Shown here in pieces: positions 1 to 9,318 of a stretch of 64,000 nucleotides of DNA. A model generated the notes under the pieces. The model was not told the origin of the DNA and made no database searches. It saw only the letters and a list, made by a program, of their open reading frames with translations. Each line of letters begins with the position of its first letter. Positions within the stretch are counted from its first letter, which is position 1. A program made the translations under genes and the position numbers. Origin of the DNA: Candidatus Undivivens industriae (GTDB lineage Bacteria > Omnitrophota > Gorgyraeia > Gygaellales > Profunditerraquicolaceae); NCBI GenBank assembly GCA_012514745.1, contig JAAYZR010000006.1:37889-101888 (forward strand). Reading direction: 5' to 3'.

Positions 1-94
1 CGCATACCGCGCAGAAAAATCCGGTGAAAGCGACGGCCGCGGCCGCAGGCAATGCCACCTTCAGTGTTCTCGATATCAATCCAGTTCTTATCAT
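1..94 (-). CDS. N-terminus of probable V/A-type ATPase subunit K/c (runs off window edge)
   Basis: Read manually: SD AAGGAGG then ATG at 94 giving MIRTGLISRTLKVALPAAAAVAFTGFFCAVC..., hydrophobic; follows subunit I. Identity is positional inference. Confidence 0.6.
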   Translation of the reverse strand, partial: MIRTGLISRTLKVALPAAAAVAFTGFFCAVC

Positions 95-204
95 GCTTTT
101 CCCCCTCCTTGAATGCAGCCGGAACTTACGCGGCGGCGCCGCGTCATGTTGTCCGGCCGGATACGATCCCGAAACGCCGGGATCTTTCCATTTTATAGCT
201 GTTG

Positions 205-2133
205 TCACACGCTCAACGGTTTATAAACGTTCTTGCCGCTCACGAAGAACTTCGAGAAAAATTCGTAATAATTAAGCCGCAGCGATTGTATCCCCACCAC
301 CATCCCCTCCAGAAGCAGCACCAGTATGTTCCCGCCGATAATAATCAACAGGGAAACGAAGCCGGAACCGACGTCCTTCAGCAGCTTGGAAAGCTCAAAG
401 ATCGCCATGAACAGCCCGGCGTGCGCCAAGGCGAATGCCGCGACGCGGATAAAAGAGACGGTGTTGGCCAGATACCCCATAACGATCTCCATCATATCTA
501 TCACGGTCTCCATGAGCAGCACAAAAACCCCTTCATGCGCCTTGCCGGCGAAGATATCCACCAGAGGTTTGAGAAATAATACCACAAAACAGGCGCCGAG
601 CAAAATAAAATAGCCTGCGGGGACCGGCCCGGCGCCGGGAACGGCGAGTCTGACCGCCAGAGCGATCCCGCTCCAGTAGATGATCCCGGATATCAGTCCG
701 GCCTTGTCGAAAAAGGCCTTGGCGTAATTGCGGTCGCGTAAAGAGATGAAAACATTCAGCGCCACTCCCAGCGAGATCACAGTTATACCGAATATCACGC
801 TTATCTTGAATATGCCGAGAATGTTGTTTATCGGCCTGATCCACAATGAATCGAACTCGAACCCGAAAGCGCTGCCGTAAAGCAGGCCAAACAGGGCCGA
901 TACGCCTCCCGCGTATGAAGTGAGAGCCCCTGCCTGTCGTACTTTATCGCTGCGGCTGCGCATAATCAGGATACCGGCTGCCAGAAGCAGCAAACCGTGT
1001 CCAAGGTCGCCGAACATCGCGCCGAACATAAGCAGAAAAGTTACGGCGGTGAACAAGGTGGGGTCCACGCTGCCGTAACGCGGTATTCCGTAAGATTCGA
1101 TCAGCAGTTCGAACGGTCTTATTAACGCCGAATGTTTCAAGAGCACCGGGACGTCTTCCTTGGATATCCCCAATTCATCCGGACTTTTCTCTTCCAGGTA
1201 AAGACAATTGGCCATCTGCCTGATCCTGGAAACGACCTTTTCCTTTTCGTCCGCCGGCACCCAGCCGGAAAACAGAACCGTCTTGTCGGTGTTGCAGGAA
1301 TATCTGCGCGCCTCCGAGATCGATCTCTTGAGCCTGATGAAAGTGTGGATTTGCGACAGTTCTTCTCCCGAATGCGCGGCGATCTCCGCCAGGGCGGCGG
1401 ACTCCATGTCTATACCCCTCTTGTCCTTTTCTATCTGCACTTTCAGCTTGAGCTGTATCTCGCCTCCCACGGCCTCGCCTTGGCCGGAGAAATCTTTCTT
1501 CTCGAACCCGGTATCGGAAAGCACCTTTTCTATATACGGTTTATCGCGGCGCAGTCCTATAAGCAGCAACGCCGTCCTGCCGCCGGGCTCTTTGCGGAAA
1601 GGATAAACCACGCTGTGAATTCCGGAAAGGCTGCGTTCAAGCAGATCCAGGTTATTATCGGCTATTGTCCCGGAGGCCACTTCCAGGAAACTGTAGGAGC
1701 TGTCCCTCCTCTTCAGAGGGATAGGCAGTATAGCGGGCACCCGGTTGAGCATCGCCGTCCGGGTGCGAATCTCTTCCCGCAATTCTTCTCTTTTGGATAT
1801 GTGGCTTGCGGCCTCCGCGTCAATCGCATTAAGCTTCTGCTCCGCGGTTGAATAGGAGAATTGCCCGAAGAGAGCGGATGTCATCAACTCCGGCCCCGAA
1901 GAAGGGCGGAAATCCAAAGACGCGCACGTCTGGCGCAGGCGCGCGGCAAGCTTTTCCCAATCTCCGGCCTCTTTCTGCGTTTCCGATGCCGGAAGCCCAT
2001 TCAGTCCGGACTCGATCCTGCGGATGTCCACGGGATGGAAGTTGCCGAGCTTCAGCAGCTGCGCGACGGTCTGCTCGGCGTCTTCTTTCAGCACGGCTAT
2101 GTTGATAAGCTCCATTTCACAGGGACCGAGCAT
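205..2133 (-). CDS. V/A-type ATP synthase subunit I (a)
   Basis: Soluble N-half plus membrane C-half with MFGDLGHG, LANTVSFIRVAAFALAH and QSLRLNYYEFFSKF motifs. Confidence 0.95.
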   Translation of the reverse strand: MLGPCEMELINIAVLKEDAEQTVAQLLKLGNFHPVDIRRIESGLNGLPASETQKEAGDWEKLAARLRQTCASLDFRPSSGPELMTSALFGQFSYSTAEQKLNAIDAEAASHISKREELREEIRTRTAMLNRVPAILPIPLKRRDSSYSFLEVASGTIADNNLDLLERSLSGIHSVVYPFRKEPGGRTALLLIGLRRDKPYIEKVLSDTGFEKKDFSGQGEAVGGEIQLKLKVQIEKDKRGIDMESAALAEIAAHSGEELSQIHTFIRLKRSISEARRYSCNTDKTVLFSGWVPADEKEKVVSRIRQMANCLYLEEKSPDELGISKEDVPVLLKHSALIRPFELLIESYGIPRYGSVDPTLFTAVTFLLMFGAMFGDLGHGLLLLAAGILIMRSRSDKVRQAGALTSYAGGVSALFGLLYGSAFGFEFDSLWIRPINNILGIFKISVIFGITVISLGVALNVFISLRDRNYAKAFFDKAGLISGIIYWSGIALAVRLAVPGAGPVPAGYFILLGACFVVLFLKPLVDIFAGKAHEGVFVLLMETVIDMMEIVMGYLANTVSFIRVAAFALAHAGLFMAIFELSKLLKDVGSGFVSLLIIIGGNILVLLLEGMVVGIQSLRLNYYEFFSKFFVSGKNVYKPLSV

Positions 2134-2135
2134 TT

Positions 2136-3185
2136 TTATACCCCGATGTTCAAAGACTGCATTATATTTTCTTTGGAATGTCCGTAAGCCTTGGCGTAAA
2201 GAATGGATACCAGCAGTCCGGCCTGCCTGCGGCTTGAGACCAGGTATGCCATCGCCGTTCCTATGGTGAACGGAAAACCGGAAAGCGCCCCCTTCACTTC
2301 CTTCGCCAGCAGTCCGTAGAGAAAACTTTCAATGAGAAAAAAGTTCTCTTCGAATATCCCTTTTATGCGCGAATAGGGCCCCAATGAGAGGCTGTTGACC
2401 ACCTGCGTGATCCCGTTGCTGGTATAGGAGCTCCGCACATGGTCCTTGTTAAGCCTTAAGCCTCCAGGGATGAACCAGTCGAGCATTTCCGACATGTTCC
2501 GGGAATAATATTTTCTGAAGCGCAGAAGCAGGTTTATGTTTTCAATGTCTATCTCGACGCCGATTATACGAGAAGCGACCCTGCGGTCCGCAGGAGAAAG
2601 ACGGGAGATAGCCGCGGCGATCCTGTCGTAATAATCCATGTCGAGCGCGACTTCCAGAAAGAAAAGTTTACCCTCCCGCTTAAATTGTTCCCGGCCGCTC
2701 ATCAGCGCGCGTTTATACGGCGAATCATCCAGCAGCAGAATAAACTCCTCGATGTTTTCCGCATCGACAAGTTTTCCGAAATCCAGCGTGGACCCGCTTC
2801 CCGTCTTATCTATGTAATCTTCCCAGGCGACAGGCAGCCTGCGGTGCCAGATACGCAAGGCGGTCTTTAACTGTTCTATCTCCAGCTTCTGACGGAGCAG
2901 CGCCAGAAAGTCCCTTTCCTTTGCGGAGGAGATAGACGAAATAACCTTGCGGTAAGCCGCGGATTCCTGAGCGGCGATGAAACGTTCTGCGGCGGGCAGG
3001 TCGGCGGAAGAAGATATATTCATACCTTCCGACAACGGAGAATATGCGGTCCCCTTGAAGAGCGCCAACGCTTCCTGCAGGTCGCCGGCCCCGGTCAAGG
3101 AGACAAAAAACTCCTCCGGCAGAAGCGCGGAGAGCATCGCCCTGATCCTGGCGTTGGCAAAAGAGTATTTACTTAGATCCTGCAT
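2136..3185 (-). CDS. V/A-type ATPase subunit C (d/AC39 family)
   Basis: YSFANARIRAMLS N-terminus, EIDIENINLLLR motif, 349 aa, adjacent to subunit I. Confidence 0.9.
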   Translation of the reverse strand: MQDLSKYSFANARIRAMLSALLPEEFFVSLTGAGDLQEALALFKGTAYSPLSEGMNISSSADLPAAERFIAAQESAAYRKVISSISSAKERDFLALLRQKLEIEQLKTALRIWHRRLPVAWEDYIDKTGSGSTLDFGKLVDAENIEEFILLLDDSPYKRALMSGREQFKREGKLFFLEVALDMDYYDRIAAAISRLSPADRRVASRIIGVEIDIENINLLLRFRKYYSRNMSEMLDWFIPGGLRLNKDHVRSSYTSNGITQVVNSLSLGPYSRIKGIFEENFFLIESFLYGLLAKEVKGALSGFPFTIGTAMAYLVSSRRQAGLLVSILYAKAYGHSKENIMQSLNIGV

Positions 3186-3284
3186 TATTCTGGCCGGCTT
3201 GGGTAAAAACGCCGCCGTCTGCCTGTTACGGTTCTTTTCAATATTACGGTTTCTTGATTTCCGCGGCTTTCCGCCGGCGGGGCG

Positions 3285-3596
3285 CTACAGGGAAATTATT
3301 TCGGAGAATATCTTCCGGGCCGCGGAAGGGACGTTCTTTTCTTTTGCCTTGCGCAAGGCTGCGTATTCTTCGCGGGCGCCGTTTAGCATGCTCTCTTTCT
3401 CGGCAAGGTATTCCGCGCGGACAGCCTTTTGCCGCTCCAGGGCGGAGACGCGCGACTGTTCCGCAGATTCTTCGAGGATTTGACAGGCTTGCGCCCGCGC
3501 TTCGGAAACAATCCGCTCCGCCTGCTGCTTCGCCTGTTCGATCTTTTTCTTCGAATCCTGTTCTTCCTGTAAGATGCGCTCTACAACTTCTTTCAT
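3285..3596 (-). CDS. V/A-type ATPase peripheral stalk subunit G/H
   Basis: 103-aa E/K/A/R-rich coiled coil; first gene of the ATPase operon. Confidence 0.8.
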   Translation of the reverse strand: MKEVVERILQEEQDSKKKIEQAKQQAERIVSEARAQACQILEESAEQSRVSALERQKAVRAEYLAEKESMLNGAREEYAALRKAKEKNVPSAARKIFSEIISL

Positions 3597-3605
3597 AGTA
3601 TATTC

Positions 3606-3633
3606 ATTTTACCATCTGCGGCCGAAAAGTAAA
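3606..3633 (-). promoter_or_regulatory. Putative sigma70 promoter of the V-ATPase operon
   Basis: Minus strand TTTACT-16 nt-TAAAAT with extended TG; the -10 box ends 9 nt before the ATG at 3596. Confidence 0.45.
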
Positions 3634-3651
3634 TCTAAATCTATCGCCTGA

Positions 3652-3673
3652 TTCCGGGGACACAATACTTAAT
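3652..3673 (+). repeat. Dispersed 22-bp repeat TTCCGGGGACACNATACTTAAT, copy 1
   Basis: ttccggggacacaatacttaat; near-identical copies at 5064-5086 and (inverted) 34685-34708; contains the hydE stop codon. Confidence 0.85.
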
Positions 3674-4763
3674 GAAACTTCCCGGTCTTAAAAACCGGGG
3701 ATTTCTGGGCGAGGGGATTAAAATCGCCCCGGGAGAAATCGAGTTTCCTGTCGGTCCGGGCCGCGTACGCGCGCAATCCATCCAGTTCCCGCCCGGCGTC
3801 AAAACGCGCTTTCGACCTGCCGGGATAAAGATCGTAAAGGCGCCGGAAGACTGCCGGCGTGAAACTAAACATTACCACGTTCGCTCCGCACTCCAGAGCC
3901 TTGTATGCCTCTCTGGCGGAAGAACGGCGCAGGGCGGTAGTTACCGGGATGTGCGCGCATGGATTGAGCAGTCTGGCAAGCGCTATCGCCCGCAACACCG
4001 ATACGGTATCGGCCGGAGCGCAGGCGGAGAGCGGTGTTCGCGGATGCGGAATGAAAGGGCCTATACTTATCATTCCCATACCAAACCGCCGGAAAAACAA
4101 AAGGTCTTCCGCTATGCTCTCTGCGGTCTGCCCGGGTAAACCGGTGATACAGCCTGAACCGGTTTGATAACCAAGTTCTTTCAAGGCGCGCAGACAGAGC
4201 AACCGTGTTTTTAGTTTCATACCGGGATGCAAACGGCGGTAAAGGTCGGCGCAGGTGGTCTCTATTTTCAGGAGATACCTATCCGCCCCGGCCTTTTTCC
4301 AGAGAGCGTAGTCACTGCGGCTGCGCTCCCCCGCGGAAATAGTGATTGCCGCCGGATAAAGCTTTTTTATGCGTTTGATCACTTCCGCCAGCCACTCCGC
4401 CCGGATGGAAGCCGATTCTCCTGACTGCAGGACTATGCTCCGGATGCCGGATTTGTATATGGTGCGCGCGCAGACAAGGATATCTTCGGTTGTCATACAA
4501 TAGCGCCTCAAGCGGACGTTGCCGGAATTCAAACCGCAGTAAACGCAGCGGTTTCGGCAGATATTGGAAAACTCCACTATGCCGCGCACTATTATCCCGT
4601 CTCCGGCATGCGAGCCCCGCAGGCTGTCGGCACGCCGGAAAAGCAGCCTTTCGTCTCCGGCCGAGATCCGCCGGGAAAGTAGATATGCCAGTTCCTTTTT
4701 ACTTAAACTGCCACGTCCGCAAAGTTTGTTTATCAGACACTCCGCTCTGGACACGACCCTCAT
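3669..4763 (-). CDS. hydE: [FeFe]-hydrogenase H-cluster radical SAM maturase HydE
   Basis: RGIVEFSNICRNRCVYCGL radical SAM motif, IGPFIPHPRTP, C-terminal YDLYP (YxxY); beside hydrogenase genes. Confidence 0.9.
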   Translation of the reverse strand: MRVVSRAECLINKLCGRGSLSKKELAYLLSRRISAGDERLLFRRADSLRGSHAGDGIIVRGIVEFSNICRNRCVYCGLNSGNVRLRRYCMTTEDILVCARTIYKSGIRSIVLQSGESASIRAEWLAEVIKRIKKLYPAAITISAGERSRSDYALWKKAGADRYLLKIETTCADLYRRLHPGMKLKTRLLCLRALKELGYQTGSGCITGLPGQTAESIAEDLLFFRRFGMGMISIGPFIPHPRTPLSACAPADTVSVLRAIALARLLNPCAHIPVTTALRRSSAREAYKALECGANVVMFSFTPAVFRRLYDLYPGRSKARFDAGRELDGLRAYAARTDRKLDFSRGDFNPLAQKSPVFKTGKFH

Positions 4764-4784
4764 CCTATTCTTCCGCGCGTCGGT

Positions 4785-5039
4785 TCATTTAGACTGCTTC
4801 CCAAGTCCCGACTTGACCGATACGCCTTGCAGCGCCCCAAGTTTTCCGGTCAGCGCGCCCAGTTCGTCGGTGGAAGCGTCCACGATCAGCGTGATCACGC
4901 AGCAGGACTTGCGCGCGTAAGGCATTCCCATCCTGCCGACGATTATGCCGCCGTGTTCGCTGAGCACGGCATTGACGGCTGAAGCGGTTTTCTCCCTGTC
5001 ATCCACGATTATTCCCACGAAACCCAGTCTGCGCTGCAT
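4785..5039 (-). CDS. TM1266-family iron-only hydrogenase system regulator (ACT-like)
   Basis: RRLGFVGIIVDD...IIVGRMGMPY...LTGKLGALQGVSVKS; start moved to ATG 5039, which follows SD AGGAGGT. Confidence 0.9.
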   Translation of the reverse strand: MQRRLGFVGIIVDDREKTASAVNAVLSEHGGIIVGRMGMPYARKSCCVITLIVDASTDELGALTGKLGALQGVSVKSGLGKQSK

Positions 5040-5063
5040 AACACCTCCTGCCATTTTTTAGAC

Positions 5064-5086
5064 TTCCGGGGACACTATACTTAATT
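5064..5086 (+). repeat. Dispersed 22-bp repeat, copy 2 (direct orientation to copy 1)
   Basis: ttccggggacactatacttaatt; 21/22 identical to copy 1. Confidence 0.85.
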
Positions 5087-5089
5087 CGG

Positions 5090-5453
5090 CAACGGCTACG
5101 GTAACCAACAGACCCCCAACCAGTCTATTTTCCCGAAAGGATAACACCAATCTTTCCTTCCCTCCATAGGGAGGATAACGGAGAGTAACAATCAAGGAGT
5201 ATTTAGAAGGAGCGATAATCCCCCCCCGGGAGGCCTCCCAACCAGGGGGAGGGAAATAAAAACTACAACCAGAGCAGAGTAACTTGTAAACGACAGACGC
5301 GCTTTAAAAGATGGATCTCTACTGCGTATAAAAAAACGGTTTTCCCCCGTATCCCACGGAGAAAAACCGGGATAAACATAGCCGGACGTTTTTTCCCCTT
5401 GGGCTCGGAAGCTCACGGCCTCTTCGCCTTCAGGACCAGCGCCTGAGAACGGC
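5090..5453 (-). repeat. Structured intergenic element, copy A (ncRNA motif or MITE-like)
   Basis: Shares an identical 19-bp box (5090-5108) and 13-bp box (5150-5162) with 28566-28610; several hairpins. Confidence 0.6.
5330..5369 (-). terminator. Rho-independent terminator after the hydrogenase operon
   Basis: Minus strand CGGTTTTTCTCCGT-gggat-ACGGGGGAAAACCG followed by a T7 run. Confidence 0.75.
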
Positions 5454-7202
5454 CTATTTTACATAGACCGGCCTGGCTTTGTAATGCGTATGCAGTAAAT
5501 GCTCGGATTTTTCGCCCAAAGGCTTACCTAGATATTCCGCATAAAGTTTCTTTATATAAGGATTCTCGTGGGAGAACCTCACACTGCAGTCCCTGTCGTC
5601 CTGGTAAAGCCCTCCAGCGCGTTTCTTCCTCAACTCGTCGGTCACCCCGTAAGGCTGACCGCCGCCGCCGACGCAGCCGCCGGCACAGGCCATTACCTCT
5701 ATAAAATGATACGGGATCTCCAGGTTGTTCTTCTTGGCTTCCCTGACCTTATTCAGCACGTATTCGACATTGCTCAAACCGTGGGCGATCGCCACGCGGA
5801 TCTTTTTACCGTCGATTTGCACTTCGGCTTCCTTGACCCCGTTAAGCCCGCGCAGGTCCTCGAAATCCACCTTCTTGAGGTTTTTGCCGTTCAGAACGAA
5901 ATACGCGGTGCGCAAAGCGGCTTCCATAACTCCTCCGGTCGCGCCGAAAATTACGCCGGCCCCGGTGTAATCCCCCAGTATATGGTCCGGATCCTCATCC
6001 GGGAGATTGACGAAATCTATACCGGCCTGCTTTATCATTCTCGCCAGCTCTCGCGTGGTGAGCGAAACGTCCACGTCCTGACAGCCGGAAGCGAACATCT
6101 CCTCGCATCTCTTGATCTCGTATTTTTTGGAGGTGCAAGGCATTATGGAAACCACATATATCTTCGCGGGGTCTATGCCTTTCTTTTGCGCGTAATAGGT
6201 TTTTGCCAGCACGCCCAGTATCTCCTGCGGGGATTTGCAGGAGGAGAAATATTCGATCATATCGGAATGGAACTTTTCCATAAAATCCACCCAGGACGGA
6301 CAACAGGTGGTAATAAGAGGCAGCGGACCTTTTTGTTTGGTGAGGCGCTCCACGAACTCGGTGCCTTCTTCCATTATGGTAACATCGGCCGCGAAATTTG
6401 TGTCGAAAACCGCCTTGAACCCCAGCCTGCGCAAAAGCGCGTAAAGTTTCTTGGTGAGATTTGTGCCCACCGGATAACCGAAGGCCTCGCCTATCGCCAC
6501 CCTTACGGCGGGAGCGATCTGCACCACGCAGTATTTATCCGGGTCCTGTAAAGCGGTCCAGACCCTGTTGGTGTCGTCCTTCTCCACTATAGCTCCGGTC
6601 GGGCAGTGATTGGAGCACTGTCCGCATCTGACACAGGGGGAATCCGCAAGCTTGATATCCCCTGCCGGAGATATGCGGGTTTCGAACCCTCTCTCCAGGA
6701 AAGAAAGCGCCCAGACGTTCTGCATATTCTGGCAGACGTCCACGCACCTGCCGCAGAGGATGCATTTCTGAGGCTCCAGCACGATGGTGCCGGTCGAATC
6801 GTCCGGCGGCAGAGGCGAAAGAAAGTTCTTGAACGATTCCTGCCTGATGCCGAAATCGGCGGCGAGTTTCTGCAATTCGCAATCGTTGTTGCGCCCGCAT
6901 TTAAGGCAGTCGTTGGGATGCTTGGAAAGTATCAATTCCAGGACGGTGCGCCTGACGGATATGATCTCCGGGTCGTGCGTGATTATATCCATTCCTTCTT
7001 CCAGGGGCGTGCAGCAGGCGCGCAGCATCCTTGCCGAACCCTTGACCTTGACGATGCAGATGCCGCAGGCAGCAGAGGCGTGGAGGTCCGGGTGTTTGCA
7101 AAGCGTGGGGATCTTCACCTGAACGGTGCCGGCCGCTTCCAGGATGGTGGTGCCTTTCTCCACCTGCACTTCGATACCGTTTATTTTTGCCTTTATCAAC
7201 AT
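5454..7202 (-). CDS. hydA: [FeFe]-hydrogenase catalytic subunit (group A3, HydA/HndD-like)
   Basis: H-cluster motifs TTCCPSW, MPCTSKKYE, EVMACAGGCVGGGGQP; N-terminal 2Fe-2S, His-ligated and 2x4Fe-4S domains. Confidence 0.97.
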   Translation of the reverse strand: MLIKAKINGIEVQVEKGTTILEAAGTVQVKIPTLCKHPDLHASAACGICIVKVKGSARMLRACCTPLEEGMDIITHDPEIISVRRTVLELILSKHPNDCLKCGRNNDCELQKLAADFGIRQESFKNFLSPLPPDDSTGTIVLEPQKCILCGRCVDVCQNMQNVWALSFLERGFETRISPAGDIKLADSPCVRCGQCSNHCPTGAIVEKDDTNRVWTALQDPDKYCVVQIAPAVRVAIGEAFGYPVGTNLTKKLYALLRRLGFKAVFDTNFAADVTIMEEGTEFVERLTKQKGPLPLITTCCPSWVDFMEKFHSDMIEYFSSCKSPQEILGVLAKTYYAQKKGIDPAKIYVVSIMPCTSKKYEIKRCEEMFASGCQDVDVSLTTRELARMIKQAGIDFVNLPDEDPDHILGDYTGAGVIFGATGGVMEAALRTAYFVLNGKNLKKVDFEDLRGLNGVKEAEVQIDGKKIRVAIAHGLSNVEYVLNKVREAKKNNLEIPYHFIEVMACAGGCVGGGGQPYGVTDELRKKRAGGLYQDDRDCSVRFSHENPYIKKLYAEYLGKPLGEKSEHLLHTHYKARPVYVK

Positions 7203-7204
7203 CT

Positions 7205-8953
7205 TCACTCCTTGGCGATGGCCTGGAATTTGCAGACTTCAAAACACTTGCCGCACTTCACGCATTTAGAAACGTCTATAAAGAAACCTTTTTCCCTGTC
7301 GCCTTCTATGGCGTTGACCGGACAATTGATCACACACACGCGGCAGCGTTTGCATTTATCCTGTATTATGGAATACGTCATCAGGCTGCGGCATTTGTGC
7401 GAGCGGCATTTCCTGTTGACGATATGTTCGCGGTACTCGTGCTCGAAATACCTCAAAGTGGACATCACCGGATTGGCGGCCGTCTGGCCCAGGGCGCACA
7501 GAGAGGCCCTCTGCATAGCCAGTGCCACGCGGCGCAGCTTGTCGAGGTCCTCGAGAGAACCGCTGCCTTCGACGATGCCGTTGAGCAGATTCAGCATCTG
7601 GTATCCTCCTATGCGGCACGGCGCGCATTTGCCGCAGGATTCTTCCACGCAAAAACCCAGATAAAACTTGGCGATGTCGACTATGCAGTCGCTTTCGTCC
7701 ATGACGATCATCCCGCCGGAACCCATGATGGAACCGAGTTTCTGCAGGTTCTCGTAATCCACCGGGGTATCCAGTTGGTCCACGGGTATGACCCCGCCGG
7801 AAGGACCTCCGGTCTGCACCGCCTTGATCGGTTTATCCCCGAGCATGCCTCCGCCGATATCAAAAACTATTTCGCGCAAAGTGATGCCCATCGGGACTTC
7901 CACCAGCCCGGAATTCCTGACCTTGCCGGTGAGGGCGAAAACTTTGGTGCCCTTGGATTTCTCCGTGCCTATCAAGGCGAACTTGTCACCGCCTTCCAGG
8001 ATAATATACGGCACGTTCGCCAGGGTCTCGACGTTGTTTATGGCGGTCGGTTTGCCCCATAACCCGGACACCGAGGGGTACGGCGGCCTGGGCCGCGGCG
8101 TCCCGCGTTTTCCTTCGATGGAAGCGATGAGCGCGGTCTCCTCGCCGCAGACGAAAGCCCCTGCGCCGAGGCGTATATCTATGTCGAAAGAGAAATCTGT
8201 CCCCAGAATGTTCTTGCCCAACAGCCCGCATTCATAAGCCTGTTCTATCGCCTTCTTGACCCTCTCCACGGCAAGCGGATATTCGGCCCTGATATACATA
8301 TACCCACTGCCGGCGCCTATGGCGTAACCGGCGATAATCAAGCCTTCTATGACCGAATGCGGGTCCCCTTCCAGCACGCTCCTGTCCATATAAGCGCCCG
8401 GGTCGCCCTCATCGGCGTTGCAGATCACATATTTCCTGTCTCCCTGCGACTCGCGGGTAAATTTCCATTTCATCCAGGTCGGGTAGCCGGCGCCGCCGCG
8501 TCCGCGCAGGCCGCTTTTCTTCATTTCCTCTATGACGCCGGCCGGATCCATTCCGGAAAGTATCTTTTTCAACGCCCCGTAGCCGCGGCAGGCGATGTAT
8601 TCGTCTATGCTTTCAGGGTCGATCACACCGCAGTTGCGCAGGACTATCCTTATCTGCTTGGGCTCCTCGCTGAAAAGCAGCCTTTCCACCGTCCCTTGCC
8701 CTTTGACGGAGGCGTCGATTATCGCTCCTATATCGCTCTCCTTGACGCCTGTATAGACAATGCCCCGGGGGAAAATCTTGACCGCGAAGCCCTTGCCGTA
8801 GATGCCGATATCCGAAGCCCTGACCAAAGCAACGGAATCTTCCAGCCCCTTATCCTTTATCTGATTGGAAAAAGAAGTGTAAAAATCCCGCAGTTTATCC
8901 TGCTGGGATTGTTCGGTATCGGCCAGTAATATTATCTTCCTGTCCGTCTCCAT
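7205..8953 (-). CDS. hydB: NuoF-like flavin/NAD-binding subunit (HydB/HndC)
   Basis: [56 protein letters not shown]-terminal 2x4Fe-4S. Confidence 0.95.
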   Translation of the reverse strand: METDRKIILLADTEQSQQDKLRDFYTSFSNQIKDKGLEDSVALVRASDIGIYGKGFAVKIFPRGIVYTGVKESDIGAIIDASVKGQGTVERLLFSEEPKQIRIVLRNCGVIDPESIDEYIACRGYGALKKILSGMDPAGVIEEMKKSGLRGRGGAGYPTWMKWKFTRESQGDRKYVICNADEGDPGAYMDRSVLEGDPHSVIEGLIIAGYAIGAGSGYMYIRAEYPLAVERVKKAIEQAYECGLLGKNILGTDFSFDIDIRLGAGAFVCGEETALIASIEGKRGTPRPRPPYPSVSGLWGKPTAINNVETLANVPYIILEGGDKFALIGTEKSKGTKVFALTGKVRNSGLVEVPMGITLREIVFDIGGGMLGDKPIKAVQTGGPSGGVIPVDQLDTPVDYENLQKLGSIMGSGGMIVMDESDCIVDIAKFYLGFCVEESCGKCAPCRIGGYQMLNLLNGIVEGSGSLEDLDKLRRVALAMQRASLCALGQTAANPVMSTLRYFEHEYREHIVNRKCRSHKCRSLMTYSIIQDKCKRCRVCVINCPVNAIEGDREKGFFIDVSKCVKCGKCFEVCKFQAIAKE

Positions 8954-9313
8954 TTAGGCCTGCCTTTTCGTCCTGACTTCGTAAATATTGTCGTTGACCA
9001 GCGTCTTGGCGGAGATATGCTTCTCCAGTATCTTGATCGCCGTTTCCTTGTCCACCCTGCCGTAGACGACGTCCGGCAGCCCGGCGCAATGCACTTCCAC
9101 CAGCGGTTCCGCGTAACACATCCCCTGGCATCCGCATTTCTTTATGCGCACTCCCAGATTGCGTTTCTTAGCCTCCTGCTGCAGGGTGCTGAAGACCTCC
9201 CCCGCGCCGGCGGCCATGCCGCAGGTGCTCATCCCGACCTTTATCCAGTCTCCGCTCTCATCAAGCCCGGCGGCTATTTTAGAGTCTATGTCTTTAGGGG
9301 TCAATTTCGCCAT
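8954..9313 (-). CDS. Thioredoxin-like [2Fe-2S] ferredoxin subunit (HydD/HndB-like)
   Basis: VGMSTCGMAAGA...GCQGMCYAEPLVEV motif. Confidence 0.9.
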   Translation of the reverse strand: MAKLTPKDIDSKIAAGLDESGDWIKVGMSTCGMAAGAGEVFSTLQQEAKKRNLGVRIKKCGCQGMCYAEPLVEVHCAGLPDVVYGRVDKETAIKILEKHISAKTLVNDNIYEVRTKRQA

Positions 9314-9318
9314 TGTCG

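Noticed and set aside
5192-5416. 74-aa minus-strand ORF between hydA and the regulator
   Set aside because: Crosses a terminator and the repeat element; no motif or clear SD.
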